Of a stretch of 64,000 bases of DNA, positions 9,922-19,405 are shown one piece after another. The notes below the pieces were generated by a model. The model was given only the letters and a program-made list of their open reading frames with translations, was not told where the DNA came from and did not search any database. The stretch spans positions 68,002-132,001 of IMG/VR virus record IMGVR_UViG_3300032242_002920; one strand, 5' to 3'. Within the stretch, counting starts at the first letter, position 1. Each line of letters opens with the position of its first letter. The position numbers and the translations under genes are program-made. The stretch comes from a virus.

Positions 9922-10908
9922 TTAAGTTGCACTTGCCTTGTTAGCAAACCGCTCCTTAAGCCTTTCAAAGGATGCTTGACTATCCTCTGATCCGGCTGGA
10001 GTGCTGCTAGGTGCAGCAGCGGGCTTACTAGCGGCAATTGCTGGCTTGGTCTTACGACCTCCGCCAAAACGCTGTTCAATATGATCGATAGGCGTTACAA
10101 GCTCCTCATAACGATCCTTGTCGGAAAGTTCATTAAGTCGCTTATCAACAAGAATCTGACCAACCATCTGAGCGGCCTCAATGTCACCCTTGGCAACAAT
10201 GTCATCCTTAACCTCATCAAGTTCATCAGCAATATAAGTGATACCGTCAAGATTTTCAAAAAGAGCAGAAAGATCTACTGGCATCTCCATGTAAGGAACA
10301 AAATCATAGCGAGAATTTACATCCTTGCCACGACGAGTAACTTCAACGGGAAGCTCGCTTAGTGGACCCTGTGACTCATCAAGTGAGCCAAGTGGCGACC
10401 AAACAAGAAACGCCGATTGAATAATAAGACCAATTGCGGGCTGAGCAACTTCCTCAGATCCAGTTTCAGTCTTACGAGTAAACGTGTCCGTCTTAACAGT
10501 AAAACCAACGGGACGCTTACGACCCTTAACAACCTCAAATTCAGGTTCAAGCTCAAGGGCTACGCCAATACAACGAGTACGAGGTTTATTGCCAAGACGA
10601 TCCTCAAGATCATCATAATTTTCATTTCCTGCAAGTGGATCCTTGCGAGATACAAATGACTCATACTTAGTGTATGTTTCACCATTTGACTTTTCTGCCG
10701 TTCCTACTGGAATAAATTCGTGTAGGTCGGCAACAACAACTGCATTGGGATCGTTGTCTTCAAAATTCGAAAGAACGAGAATGTACTTCTTCTCGCCATC
10801 TTCGCGCCAACGGATTTCTGGAGCAAAGCCGCGAAGCTTTGTCCCACCCTTTCGGCTAGCAGCTTGTTCAACTGCACCGAGGCCCCTGCGGGGCTGATAA
10901 TTCGGCAT
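9922..10908 (-). CDS. putative single-stranded DNA-binding protein
   Basis: Between primase and DnaE; strong RBS (AAAGGA) and own promoter; VTRRGK..SRYDF OB-like motif; Ala/Pro-rich tail. Confidence 0.55.
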   Translation of the reverse strand: MPNYQPRRGLGAVEQAASRKGGTKLRGFAPEIRWREDGEKKYILVLSNFEDNDPNAVVVADLHEFIPVGTAEKSNGETYTKYESFVSRKDPLAGNENYDDLEDRLGNKPRTRCIGVALELEPEFEVVKGRKRPVGFTVKTDTFTRKTETGSEEVAQPAIGLIIQSAFLVWSPLGSLDESQGPLSELPVEVTRRGKDVNSRYDFVPYMEMPVDLSALFENLDGITYIADELDEVKDDIVAKGDIEAAQMVGQILVDKRLNELSDKDRYEELVTPIDHIEQRFGGGRKTKPAIAASKPAAAPSSTPAGSEDSQASFERLKERFANKASAT

Positions 10909-10964
10909 ATTATTTCCTTTGTGTTATGGCCTACAATGAGGCTCTTTGCCAATTTACAACTATG

Positions 10965-10993
10965 AGTATATCACATTTTTTCGTCAAACTCAA
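10965..10993 (-). promoter_or_regulatory. sigma70-type promoter for putative SSB
   Basis: Minus strand TTGAGT-17-TATACT with TG extended -10. Confidence 0.55.
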
Positions 10994-11135
10994 GAGATTT
11001 CATTAATTCAACTCTTTCGTCATCAGAAAGCTGCCGAACGGAAGTTTTACCAAAGCGCTTAATAACGCGGTTAATTGCACCGTGTTTTTCAGCGGATAAA
11101 ATTTCTGTTTTTTCGACACCTGTGTATTTTCTCAT
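10971..11135 (-). CDS. small hypothetical protein (54 aa, not in track)
   Basis: MRKYTGVEKTEILSAEK...DEKM* fills the primase-SSB gap. Confidence 0.5.
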   Translation of the reverse strand: MRKYTGVEKTEILSAEKHGAINRVIKRFGKTSVRQLSDDERVELMKSLEFDEKM

Positions 11136-11153
11136 ATAAATTATGTGTCCGAT

Positions 11154-12158
11154 CTATGCATAAATGGGGTTATTATAAAGCCCGATTGTTATTTCTGAGT
11201 TTTCAACCATTCTACGCTCACCAACATCGTCTTCCCAAGCTATTTCCATTTCCATAACTGGAATATATCGATCTAGGTATGAAACTAAATCGTCTCGCCA
11301 TTTACAACCAGCCTGATCATTGTCTTGAGCAAGCACCACTCCATGTTGCCATTTTCTAAGCAGTCGCATTTGTTCCTTACTGACAGTTGCTCCAAACGTG
11401 GCAACGGCTGGAATGTTTAAAGATGCTAAATACAAAACAGTTGGTACAGATTCAACAACAACAATTGGTTTTTCACATTGAATAGCCATGTCTAATCCGT
11501 ATAAAGTCGTCTTTTTTGGAAAGTCATTTGTATTAGTGTACTTAGGAACCCACTTTGGCCTTTCACCAATCCAACGATTTTGCCATCCAACTAATTTTTC
11601 TTGATGAATATGAGGAAGAACAATTGACTCAGATATAAATTCTTGATCATTTAATTTTCGAATAGTTTTAGTATTTACGCCAAGTCTGTAAATCAATCTT
11701 ACGGACTCGCTGATACCTCGTTCTTCAAACCATGGGTGATTAACTTCTTCCCATTGGAGTAAAACATTTCCATTGAACCAAGGTAAAACATCTTCTTCAG
11801 CCTTTTTAATTTTTGGAGATAACAGCCTATTTACTTCTTCTAAAAATCCCTCGTCGGTTTGAAAAATTTTTGACGAAAATTGTTTAAGCCAATCAATTGC
11901 TTGATCTTCTTCGCAATTTCGAATAGCCATTGTAAGAGATAGAAGGGTGCCACCTCCACATACAAAGCAATTAAATACTTTTTTGTCTCTATTGATTGAG
12001 AACTTTCCAGTTCGGTCTCCATTTTTATGAAGATTCCATGGATCGGGACAATGACCGTGATCTTCACCACGGTCATTATATCCAATGGGTTCAAAGCCAA
12101 TGGCAGCTTCAAACTCATCAACGTCTAGAGTCTCAACAATTTTATAATATTCTTTCAC
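11154..12158 (-). CDS. dnaG: DNA primase (Zn finger + TOPRIM)
   Basis: CPDP..H...FNCFVCG Zn finger; VVVES, ATFG, AQDNDQAG TOPRIM. Confidence 0.88.
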   Translation of the reverse strand: MKEYYKIVETLDVDEFEAAIGFEPIGYNDRGEDHGHCPDPWNLHKNGDRTGKFSINRDKKVFNCFVCGGGTLLSLTMAIRNCEEDQAIDWLKQFSSKIFQTDEGFLEEVNRLLSPKIKKAEEDVLPWFNGNVLLQWEEVNHPWFEERGISESVRLIYRLGVNTKTIRKLNDQEFISESIVLPHIHQEKLVGWQNRWIGERPKWVPKYTNTNDFPKKTTLYGLDMAIQCEKPIVVVESVPTVLYLASLNIPAVATFGATVSKEQMRLLRKWQHGVVLAQDNDQAGCKWRDDLVSYLDRYIPVMEMEIAWEDDVGERRMVENSEITIGLYNNPIYA

Positions 12159-12376
12159 TTTTGTTTTGGTTTAGGCAAAGTTTTCATAAGTTTATTTGCT
12201 TCGAGCACAACATCAGAATTTAAATGCTTTCCAGTTTTACCACAGTCGCAGTAAGTTGTCCAAACTTTGCTATTTTTGTTAAGTGTAGCATCTGTTGGAT
12301 GTCCGCATCTGCGACATGACAAAGCAATTTCCATTGCTCGTTCAATTGACCCTTTGTCATTACTCATCTTCATCAA
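12155..12376 (-). CDS. small Zn-ribbon protein
   Basis: CRRCG...CDCG; coupled between helicase and primase. Confidence 0.5.
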   Translation of the reverse strand: MMKMSNDKGSIERAMEIALSCRRCGHPTDATLNKNSKVWTTYCDCGKTGKHLNSDVVLEANKLMKTLPKPKQK

Positions 12377-13607
12377 CCGGACCGATCATATCAAAATTGC
12401 AACCGTGTGAAAGTTGCACATTGACCCGCCAATTTTGATAAGAGTAATTACGAGAAGCCAAAGTTCCAATTTCAACCATATTGTTTTGACGCATTTCTTT
12501 GTTAGCCCAAAGGCCAAGCGAAAGAGTTGCAACTTCTTCAATTGCAGACGAACCCTTACCCTGTTGCATCTCAGGCATTGCGGCAGCGTTCATAACAGAA
12601 CGATTAAACTGATGAACAACAAAGATTGGAATTTCATCAGAGTAGTTACGAAGATCATTAACTACCTCAAAGTAATCGCCAGTATTGTTTTGCGCACCAA
12701 GATTTAAACCTTTGCGATTTTCAATGTACTGAAGCTGATCAATAAAGATGCAAGACGCACCTGCATTAATTGCTCGCTCAACCATACGTTGAACTCCACG
12801 CTCACCCTGCTCTGGTTTTTCAATCCTAAACTGTCCGCGCTCATCCATAAATTTAGAAGCATCCTCTAGGGCCTTACGATCTTCTGGCATAAGACAATTC
12901 TTAAGGTATTTCCAATAAGGAACATTTGCAGCCATGCAACGAAGACGCATATCACTTTCGTTTGCAGGAAGTTCTAACGAGTATAGGTACGGAAAGTGAT
13001 CGTCTTCGGTAGTAATGTTATTAAGAGTCATTTTAATTGTCATCCAACTCTTGTATGTTTTAGGAGCAGCAATCAAAAATGTAACACCTTGCATACCATT
13101 AAAATGATCATCAATTTCACGAAACCCAAGGCTTGGACCGCGACCCTTAAGCGCCCTCTTGTCGTACATTGCCATTGCGCGATGATAATCGCCCGATCCA
13201 AAAACCTCGCCTCGTTTAAGAGTAAGGTCTGCAAGATCACGACCCGCCTTAAGCATTTCCTTAGACACTGCAAGTGGTTCAATATTAGCGATTTCGGCAA
13301 TATTACGAATTACGTCGCGACCATAAGTACGGATGTACCTTTCGCGCATACGGTTAATAAGGTCGCCAATAACCGTTTCGGGTTCACCAACTTCAACATT
13401 AAACTCATCATAGATAACGGCAGGGGTGGCTGCGCGACCGTAATCGCGAATGTAATTCATTTGCCAATCAAAGATTTCCTTAATATCTTTATCTTCAATC
13501 AGGGCAGAATCAAATTGTTCTGCTTGAATGTATCCAATTGATTCTTGATTACCTAGATGGTGAAAAATCTCTTCATCTAAATCCAAAAATGTTGAAGTTG
13601 TATTCAT
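12360..13607 (-). CDS. dnaB: DnaB-like replicative helicase
   Basis: GFREIDDHFNG, IAAPKTYKS Walker A, YSLE, IFIDQLQ, HQFNR, GSSAIEE. Confidence 0.85.
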   Translation of the reverse strand: MNTTSTFLDLDEEIFHHLGNQESIGYIQAEQFDSALIEDKDIKEIFDWQMNYIRDYGRAATPAVIYDEFNVEVGEPETVIGDLINRMRERYIRTYGRDVIRNIAEIANIEPLAVSKEMLKAGRDLADLTLKRGEVFGSGDYHRAMAMYDKRALKGRGPSLGFREIDDHFNGMQGVTFLIAAPKTYKSWMTIKMTLNNITTEDDHFPYLYSLELPANESDMRLRCMAANVPYWKYLKNCLMPEDRKALEDASKFMDERGQFRIEKPEQGERGVQRMVERAINAGASCIFIDQLQYIENRKGLNLGAQNNTGDYFEVVNDLRNYSDEIPIFVVHQFNRSVMNAAAMPEMQQGKGSSAIEEVATLSLGLWANKEMRQNNMVEIGTLASRNYSYQNWRVNVQLSHGCNFDMIGPVDEDE

Positions 13608-14434
13608 GTAATAGGCCTCGTTTCTCCGTTTGCAATAATTTCCATTTCTTTAAATCCGATTGATTCACGCCTATCGGTTCCTGCTACTTCCTGCCTAATT
13701 TGTTTTGCAGACAACAATGAATAAGTCCTAGGATATGCAGAATGCAATGTCTCTTGATCCATATTTGTTGTCATAATAGTAGGAAGATTATTATTTGTTC
13801 TATGACGAACAAGAGCCTCTAGTTGAGTTGCAAAAAATGATTTTTGCGCTTCTGATACTGGGGGGATCACTTCGTCAAGTATAACAAATCCTGATTCACG
13901 AACACGACTGGCGATATAATCCGAATCTTGCCTATCAAATGCTGCAACCATTTCAATAAATGGAATAAAATAAACAGACTGACCCTGCTTGATCAGTTCC
14001 TTGCCAATGTGAGTGGCGGCAAAAGTTTTTCCGGTGCCAAGTTCCGAACTATGAAACTCAAGACCCATGCCTTGTCTAAAAAATTGTTCCCAACTACTTA
14101 AATAAAGATCAACGGTACTTTTAGTAGCTTCGCAACCACTCCATTCGTCCCAATTAAGACGCTGATATTGTTCGCCAATGTTAGCAACTAGATAACGCGC
14201 ACGAAGAGCAATTTGTGCATCACATTCGCACTCATGTTCTTCGTTATTGTAACGGTAAATTCCATTGATTCTTTCCCTAACTCCGCCAGAGCCGGGAATG
14301 ACTTCCATCTTAGAATCACAGGTAGGGCATTGATCAAGCGGTTGCTTGCTTTTAGCAAGCTTAGTTGCAAGATCAAATTCTTGGTCCGTTAGATTCTTAA
14401 GTTTGTAAGTTTTACTCTTGAGTGTTATCTGCAC
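13604..14434 (-). CDS. DnaC/IstB-like helicase loader ATPase
   Basis: GTGKTFAA, ILDEV, R...LPTIMTTN; N-terminal Cys motifs. Confidence 0.82.
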   Translation of the reverse strand: MQITLKSKTYKLKNLTDQEFDLATKLAKSKQPLDQCPTCDSKMEVIPGSGGVRERINGIYRYNNEEHECECDAQIALRARYLVANIGEQYQRLNWDEWSGCEATKSTVDLYLSSWEQFFRQGMGLEFHSSELGTGKTFAATHIGKELIKQGQSVYFIPFIEMVAAFDRQDSDYIASRVRESGFVILDEVIPPVSEAQKSFFATQLEALVRHRTNNNLPTIMTTNMDQETLHSAYPRTYSLLSAKQIRQEVAGTDRRESIGFKEMEIIANGETRPIT

Positions 14435-15038
14435 CTAGTACCTCTCCTAAGACGACCTTTAAACGATTTTCAGTAATTTCCAACATATTATCACCATCTA
14501 CAAATAAATTTGTAACAGGGTAAAGCTTAAAAGCGTTAAAAGCGGCTTGGAGATTTTTCTCTAAGTCCTTTACTCTCAGATCTTCAATTTCTCCTACTGG
14601 AGGAAGATAAAAAATATAATCATACCTAAGTGTGTCCGCATAGAGACAAGCAAGCATTCTTGTGACCGCTTCGGTTTTTAATACAAGGTCGTGCTTGCCT
14701 GCATCGTCATCGCTAGTCAAAAGTTGGTATGAACCCTCAAGGCTTTGAGCGGTATACGATGAGGTTTCAAATAACGTACCGCATGAAATAACAGTTTTAT
14801 GATCCTGATATGCGATTCGTTCTGCTGACTCTCTCTTAAGAGCAACGTGCATGTTACCAATATAAGTTCCCGAAAATGAAAGGGCTAAATCAACTTCATC
14901 TCGAAGTTCATCAATATAATTATCGACCACTGCAACTGGAAGGTGACTTTCGTCATCAACAGCCTCTAGAGCCTTTTTTAAAGATTCTGCCAAGGCAGAT
15001 TTACCCGAACCCGGTACACCTACTAAACCAATTCTCAT
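14412..15038 (-). CDS. P-loop NMP-kinase-like protein
   Basis: N-terminal GVPGSGKS; YDYIFYLP. Confidence 0.65.
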   Translation of the reverse strand: MRIGLVGVPGSGKSALAESLKKALEAVDDESHLPVAVVDNYIDELRDEVDLALSFSGTYIGNMHVALKRESAERIAYQDHKTVISCGTLFETSSYTAQSLEGSYQLLTSDDDAGKHDLVLKTEAVTRMLACLYADTLRYDYIFYLPPVGEIEDLRVKDLEKNLQAAFNAFKLYPVTNLFVDGDNMLEITENRLKVVLGEVLGADNTQE

Positions 15039-15295
15039 TTCATATTCTCTCTTTCGATCATTTGAAGCATAGTAACAGATGCTTCAATATATTGCAAGCG
15101 TTGATTTGAAATTCGTTTCAAATCTTTTGCCCTACGAGCAATTTCTCTAATATCAGACGTAGAAAATTTTCTATCGCCACTTCCATCTCTAGGAAATGTA
15201 AAAAGACCTTTGCGCTCCCAACCTCTAAGGGTAACAGAAGATTTGCCCAAAAATCGAGCAAGATCGGTCACGGTAAAAGAAAACCCGCCCGACAT
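15035..15295 (-). CDS. MerR-type HTH DNA-binding protein
   Basis: FTVTDLARFLGKSSVTLRGWERKG...RDGSGDRKFS. Confidence 0.8.
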   Translation of the reverse strand: MSGGFSFTVTDLARFLGKSSVTLRGWERKGLFTFPRDGSGDRKFSTSDIREIARRAKDLKRISNQRLQYIEASVTMLQMIERENMK

Positions 15296-15838
15296 TTACA
15301 ATTCGTCTTCTTTAGCTCTTCTGGGTGCTGCTAATTTAATAATGGGCTTACCCTCATAAATATAATCTTGAAGAATTCCAATCTGTTCGTCTGATAGATC
15401 CTCTAGTGGTTTAAGCTCTCGTTTTGGCTCTGGCACATGCGTAACCACTTCGTATAACATTGGATAATCTTCTTTGAAACGTTCGTCGTCAAACATGACT
15501 GAACCCGCAACAACTTGTTTTTGATAAACCATACCGTCATCAGGATTAATGAAAGTGAAGGGCATATACTCTGGATTTTCTTTCAATCTAACATCAAACC
15601 CATTATCAACTTGAGTAGCCGAAAGAGGCGTCCAAGTAGGATACAATTTTTCAGCTTGAGAAATTGCATCAGCAAGCGAGTTGGCATCTACGTTAACAAT
15701 TTTTTCTGCTAGTGTAGAATGACGCTCCGTCGCAATTTTAAAAAATTCTGCGCGGTATTGAGTTTTTGCTTTATCCCATTCTTTAGACCTAGAGTAGGCC
15801 AAACCAAGTTCTTTTGTAATTTCTTCTAATTTGTTCAT
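15296..15838 (-). CDS. hypothetical protein
   Basis: 180-aa ORF with GAGG RBS, in operon. Confidence 0.6.
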   Translation of the reverse strand: MNKLEEITKELGLAYSRSKEWDKAKTQYRAEFFKIATERHSTLAEKIVNVDANSLADAISQAEKLYPTWTPLSATQVDNGFDVRLKENPEYMPFTFINPDDGMVYQKQVVAGSVMFDDERFKEDYPMLYEVVTHVPEPKRELKPLEDLSDEQIGILQDYIYEGKPIIKLAAPRRAKEDEL

Positions 15839-16140
15839 TTGACCTCAATTGCCCATTTGGTTGGTCCGCCACATCTTGGACAAACCATTTCTGTTTTTTG
15901 AAAATCTGTTTGCGTAATATCAGATTCATTTGCTTTCCATGCGCATCTGAATCGTTGTGCCGTTTCTTGATGACGACATGATCCGCGATAGGTGTATCCT
16001 GCGCATTCGCAAATATGATCCTCTTGTTCACCCCAAGGGCAAACCATTACTGTATAATAAGCATCCTGATTACTGGATTCAACTCTGATTGGATACCAGC
16101 CATCAGCCGAAACACAAATTTGATAAGGCTCAATATTCAT
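15835..16140 (-). CDS. SWIM zinc-finger protein (likely leaderless, first gene of leftward operon)
   Basis: Y.V...CECAGYTYRGSCRH SWIM motif plus CPRCG; ATG 7 nt after -10. Confidence 0.7.
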   Translation of the reverse strand: MNIEPYQICVSADGWYPIRVESSNQDAYYTVMVCPWGEQEDHICECAGYTYRGSCRHQETAQRFRCAWKANESDITQTDFQKTEMVCPRCGGPTKWAIEVK

Positions 16141-16147
16141 AAAAGTA

Positions 16148-16176
16148 ACAATACCACATATCAATTGTTTTTGCAA
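16148..16176 (-). promoter_or_regulatory. promoter of replication operon
   Basis: Minus strand TTGCAA-17-TATTGT with TG extended -10. Confidence 0.55.
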
Positions 16177-16189
16177 ATTGAATTTTGAC

Positions 16190-16218
16190 TTGTAATTTTA
16201 TTAATTCTTTGCTAATAT
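16190..16218 (+). promoter_or_regulatory. promoter ahead of structured RNA/nrdJ
   Basis: TTGTAA-17-TAATAT with TG extended -10; predicted start ~16225. Confidence 0.5.
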
Positions 16219-16225
16219 TGTTTTT

Positions 16226-16374
16226 GCGTCACAGCGGGCGTTGGAATATCGAGCAAATAGCTCACTTTTTGCCAAACGTCGCTTCGTCCGTTAGAGGGAC
16301 AGGCGTCTTCATTTGTGCTAAAATACAGATGAACGGGAGGCGGTGCTGCTGTTGCAGAGGGCTGGCAACAGGGG
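16226..16374 (+). ncRNA. candidate structured RNA (cis-regulatory leader or sRNA) upstream of nrdJ
   Basis: GC-rich island with 4 hairpins; G-U pairs favour + strand; begins just after a promoter. Confidence 0.5.
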
Positions 16375-16467
16375 TAATTATATTTAATAGTATTAACCTA
16401 GGCTTCCACTAGAGATAACTAAAAGACGTATAATAAATACTACCTATAACAAAACAAAAGGAAAGTT

Positions 16468-18159
16468 ATGAATCCAGTAACAGAACTAAACAATAATATT
16501 AATACCCCACTTTCCTCAGAGATGAGTGATTTTGCTAAGACCATTTATGAGCAAAAGTACGCTTGGAAAGACGAGGAGGGTAATGTAGTAGAAAATTGGG
16601 AGCAGACCGCACATAGAGTAGTGAGTAATGTTCTTGACGCTCTTGGCTATGACCAAAGCACAGAAGAGTTTAATAAACTTTTTGAAATGGTTCGGGATAG
16701 AAAGTTTCTTCCCGGCGGACGTTATCTTTACGCTTCTGGTAGAGATTTACATCAGACACAAAATTGTCTTTTGCTTCGTGCGGAAGATTCTCGTGAAGGC
16801 TGGGCGGATCTTCTTAAAAAATCTGCAATGGCTCTTCAGACGGGTGCTGGTATCGGAATTGATTATTCAGATATTCGTCCCTCTGGAACGGTAATTAAAA
16901 GGACTGGCGGAGTTGCTTCTGGTCCTATTCCTCTTATGAAAATGATCAATGAAATTGGTCGCGGAGTTATGCAGGGCGGCGCTCGTCGTTCAGCTATTTG
17001 GGCTGGCCTTAATTGGTCACATCCAGATTGCGAAGAATTTATCCGTATTAAGGATTGGCGTCAAGAAGTGAGAGACATCAAAGCTGTTGATTTTAATTTT
17101 CCAGCCGACATGGAATTTACTAATGTATCAATCCTGCTTGATGATGAATTTTTTATTGCGTATGAAGATCAAAATCACCCAAAACATAAATTGGCTCATC
17201 ACATTTATCATCTTGGCGTTCAATTTATGGTTAAGACCGCTGAACCCGGATTCAGCGTAGACATTGGTGAAAATGCTGGCGAGACACTTCGTAATGCATG
17301 TACTGAAGTTACCTCACGAGATGATTCCGATATTTGCAATCTTGGTTCAATCAATCTTGCTCGTATTGAATCAATTGAGGAAATGGAAGAAGTTGTTAAA
17401 TACGGAACTTTATTCTTACTTGCTGGAACCGTATATTCAGATCTTCCATATGATCAGGTACATGAGGTTCGTGAAAAAAATCGTCGTCTTGGACTTGGAG
17501 TAATGGGCATCCACGAGTGGCTTTTGAAGCGTGGTAAAAAGTATGAGCCTGATACCGACCTTGGCGAGTGGCTTGATGTATACGCTACTTCGGGCGATCA
17601 TGCTAATGCGTGGGCTGATAAACATAATCTTAACTATCCCGTTAAGACTCGTGCAATTGCTCCTACGGGCACAATTGGCATTATTGCTGAAACTACTACT
17701 GGCGTTGAGCCAATTTTTTGTGTGGCTTTTAAAAGGCGTTACAAGGAAGCTCAGGCTAATGGTGAAGACATCATCCGCTATCAGTATGTAATTGATCCTA
17801 CTGCAAAGCGCCTTATTGATGAAGGCGTAGATCCAGATTCTATTGAAGATGCATATGGTCTTTCTTATAACGTAGAAAAGCGCATTGCCATGCAAGCGTG
17901 GGTTCAACAGTATGTTGATCATGGCATTTCTTCAACAATTAATCTTCCATACCCAATTACCGATCCTACAGAAGTTGCAGATTTCGCAGATCTTTTGTAT
18001 GGTTATCTCCCGCAACTTCGAGGCATTACTTGCTACCCCGATGGGTCACGAGGCGGACAACCCCTTACGATTTCTACTTATGAGGAAGCGAAGGATAAGG
18101 TTGGCGTCGTATTCGAAGAAACCGAAGAACGTTGCGTCGGCGGAGCCTGTGGAATTTAA
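16468..18159 (+). CDS. nrdJ: class II (adenosylcobalamin-dependent) ribonucleotide reductase
   Basis: FLPGGR, NC, GGARRSA, RNACTE, CNLGSINL, RRLGLG, IAPTGT, ISSTINLP, C-terminal CVGGAC; no beta subunit nearby. Confidence 0.88.
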   Translation: MNPVTELNNNINTPLSSEMSDFAKTIYEQKYAWKDEEGNVVENWEQTAHRVVSNVLDALGYDQSTEEFNKLFEMVRDRKFLPGGRYLYASGRDLHQTQNCLLLRAEDSREGWADLLKKSAMALQTGAGIGIDYSDIRPSGTVIKRTGGVASGPIPLMKMINEIGRGVMQGGARRSAIWAGLNWSHPDCEEFIRIKDWRQEVRDIKAVDFNFPADMEFTNVSILLDDEFFIAYEDQNHPKHKLAHHIYHLGVQFMVKTAEPGFSVDIGENAGETLRNACTEVTSRDDSDICNLGSINLARIESIEEMEEVVKYGTLFLLAGTVYSDLPYDQVHEVREKNRRLGLGVMGIHEWLLKRGKKYEPDTDLGEWLDVYATSGDHANAWADKHNLNYPVKTRAIAPTGTIGIIAETTTGVEPIFCVAFKRRYKEAQANGEDIIRYQYVIDPTAKRLIDEGVDPDSIEDAYGLSYNVEKRIAMQAWVQQYVDHGISSTINLPYPITDPTEVADFADLLYGYLPQLRGITCYPDGSRGGQPLTISTYEEAKDKVGVVFEETEERCVGGACGI

Positions 18160-18189
18160 GCTTAGTCTGAGCATATAGTTCAGCAGTGT

Positions 18190-18220
18190 AGAGAGGCCCT
18201 TGACGGGCCTCTCTTGTTTT
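18190..18220 (+). terminator. intrinsic terminator after nrdJ
   Basis: AGAGAGGCCC/GGGCCTCTCT stem followed by TGTTTT. Confidence 0.8.
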
Positions 18221-18228
18221 GATACAAT
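18200..18228 (+). promoter_or_regulatory. promoter overlapping the terminator
   Basis: TTGACG-17-TACAAT with TG extended -10. Confidence 0.65.
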
Positions 18229-18249
18229 GTACAAAAAGGAGGTGAATAA

Positions 18250-18435
18250 ATGAACGTTACTGGTAATAAGTGGACATCAATTTTTTCTGGTCTTGCTGCT
18301 GCTGTAATCGTCGGCCTTGTGTCTTTTGGCGTACTTGGCGGTGATCAGATTAGTGCCGCTCAGGGTCTTGTAAATGCAGTTCTTACATTCCTTGCATCGA
18401 TTGGCATTCCTGCTGTAAAGAAGATCACAAAGTAG
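18250..18435 (+). CDS. holin-like small membrane protein
   Basis: Two hydrophobic segments, basic C-terminus, AAGGAGGT RBS; paralog of 24825..25142. Confidence 0.55.
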   Translation: MNVTGNKWTSIFSGLAAAVIVGLVSFGVLGGDQISAAQGLVNAVLTFLASIGIPAVKKITK

Positions 18436-18472
18436 TTTAAAATGCGGATCGCGCAGTTTAGATCCGCTATAT

Positions 18473-18554
18473 GGTGGGGTACCAAAGCGGCCAACTGGGG
18501 CGGGCTGTAAACCCGCTGTCTCTGACTTCGCAGGTTCGAATCCTGCCCCCACCA
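18473..18554 (+). tRNA. tRNA-Tyr(GTA)
   Basis: Cloverleaf GGTGGGG/CCCCACC, loop CT-GTA-AA, long variable arm, TTCGAAT. Confidence 0.93.
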
Positions 18555-18582
18555 CTTTTCAACGAATACTTCATCATAATAT

Positions 18583-19032
18583 ATGATGAATGAATATCAG
18601 CGCAAAGAAAATCCTCTTTTAAAGGAACGAAAGCAGTCTGGACCTGTCAAAATTGGCGACATTATTAATTCTTTTAATGATAAGATTGCCATAAAATTAA
18701 CCAATACAATTGGTTCAATGAAAATGTTTTGGTTTATGGCTATCGTTATGACTTTATGGATGGCTGGTATTGGAGAACTACTGTTTCATGATCCATACCC
18801 ATTTTCGCTCATGTTGCTTATTTTCGCTGGCGTCTTTCAAGCACTAGCTATGGTGGCCATTATGGTCGGACAAAATATTCTCAGTAAAGCTTCTGATGCA
18901 TTATCAGAAATGACTTATAAAGACGCAGAGGCGATTTTAGATGAAGTGGAAGAAATCCATGAACATCTTCATCATCAAGATGAAATCCTTAAATCGTTAC
19001 TGGAGAATATTAATGTCCGAAAAAATGTCTAA
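18583..19032 (+). CDS. DUF1003-like membrane protein
   Basis: DKIA..T..IGSM, DPYPF, IMVGQN motifs. Confidence 0.75.
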   Translation: MMNEYQRKENPLLKERKQSGPVKIGDIINSFNDKIAIKLTNTIGSMKMFWFMAIVMTLWMAGIGELLFHDPYPFSLMLLIFAGVFQALAMVAIMVGQNILSKASDALSEMTYKDAEAILDEVEEIHEHLHHQDEILKSLLENINVRKNV

Positions 19033-19405
19033 TTTTGCAGTTTGGTTTTCTAAAAAAATCTTCACATGGCAGAGCCTTTTGTTGCATGTTGCGATATATG
19101 CAACAGCTTGGTTTGTTGAAGGCGGCGATCATCATCTTTTCCTTGATTGTATTTCTATGGAGGCCGTTTTTGTAACCCTTCTTGTTGGTATGGCAACAGC
19201 CAGAGCAGAACAACAAAGGGAAGAGTTAGCCGCCCTTGATCGTCATCGGGACCAAATGGATCTTGAAACGGATCAAAATACAAACAAACTTATTAATATG
19301 CAAGCTGAAGAAATTAAAGAACTTCATCAAGTTGCTAAAGAAATTCATAATCTTTCAACAGAAGTTAGAAATCATGTTAAAGATAATACAAGGCATAACA
19401 GTTAA
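19013..19405 (+). CDS. second DUF1003-like membrane protein
   Basis: ISMEAVFVTLLV...DR.R..DLETD followed by coiled coil. Confidence 0.6.
   Translation: MSEKMSNFAVWFSKKIFTWQSLLLHVAIYATAWFVEGGDHHLFLDCISMEAVFVTLLVGMATARAEQQREELAALDRHRDQMDLETDQNTNKLINMQAEEIKELHQVAKEIHNLSTEVRNHVKDNTRHNS

Noticed and set aside
16226-16460. Cobalamin riboswitch ahead of nrdJ
   Set aside because: Conserved B12 elements (GGGAA...GGTG, GCCACTG, AGCCAGGAGACC) are not visible; kept only as an unknown structured RNA.
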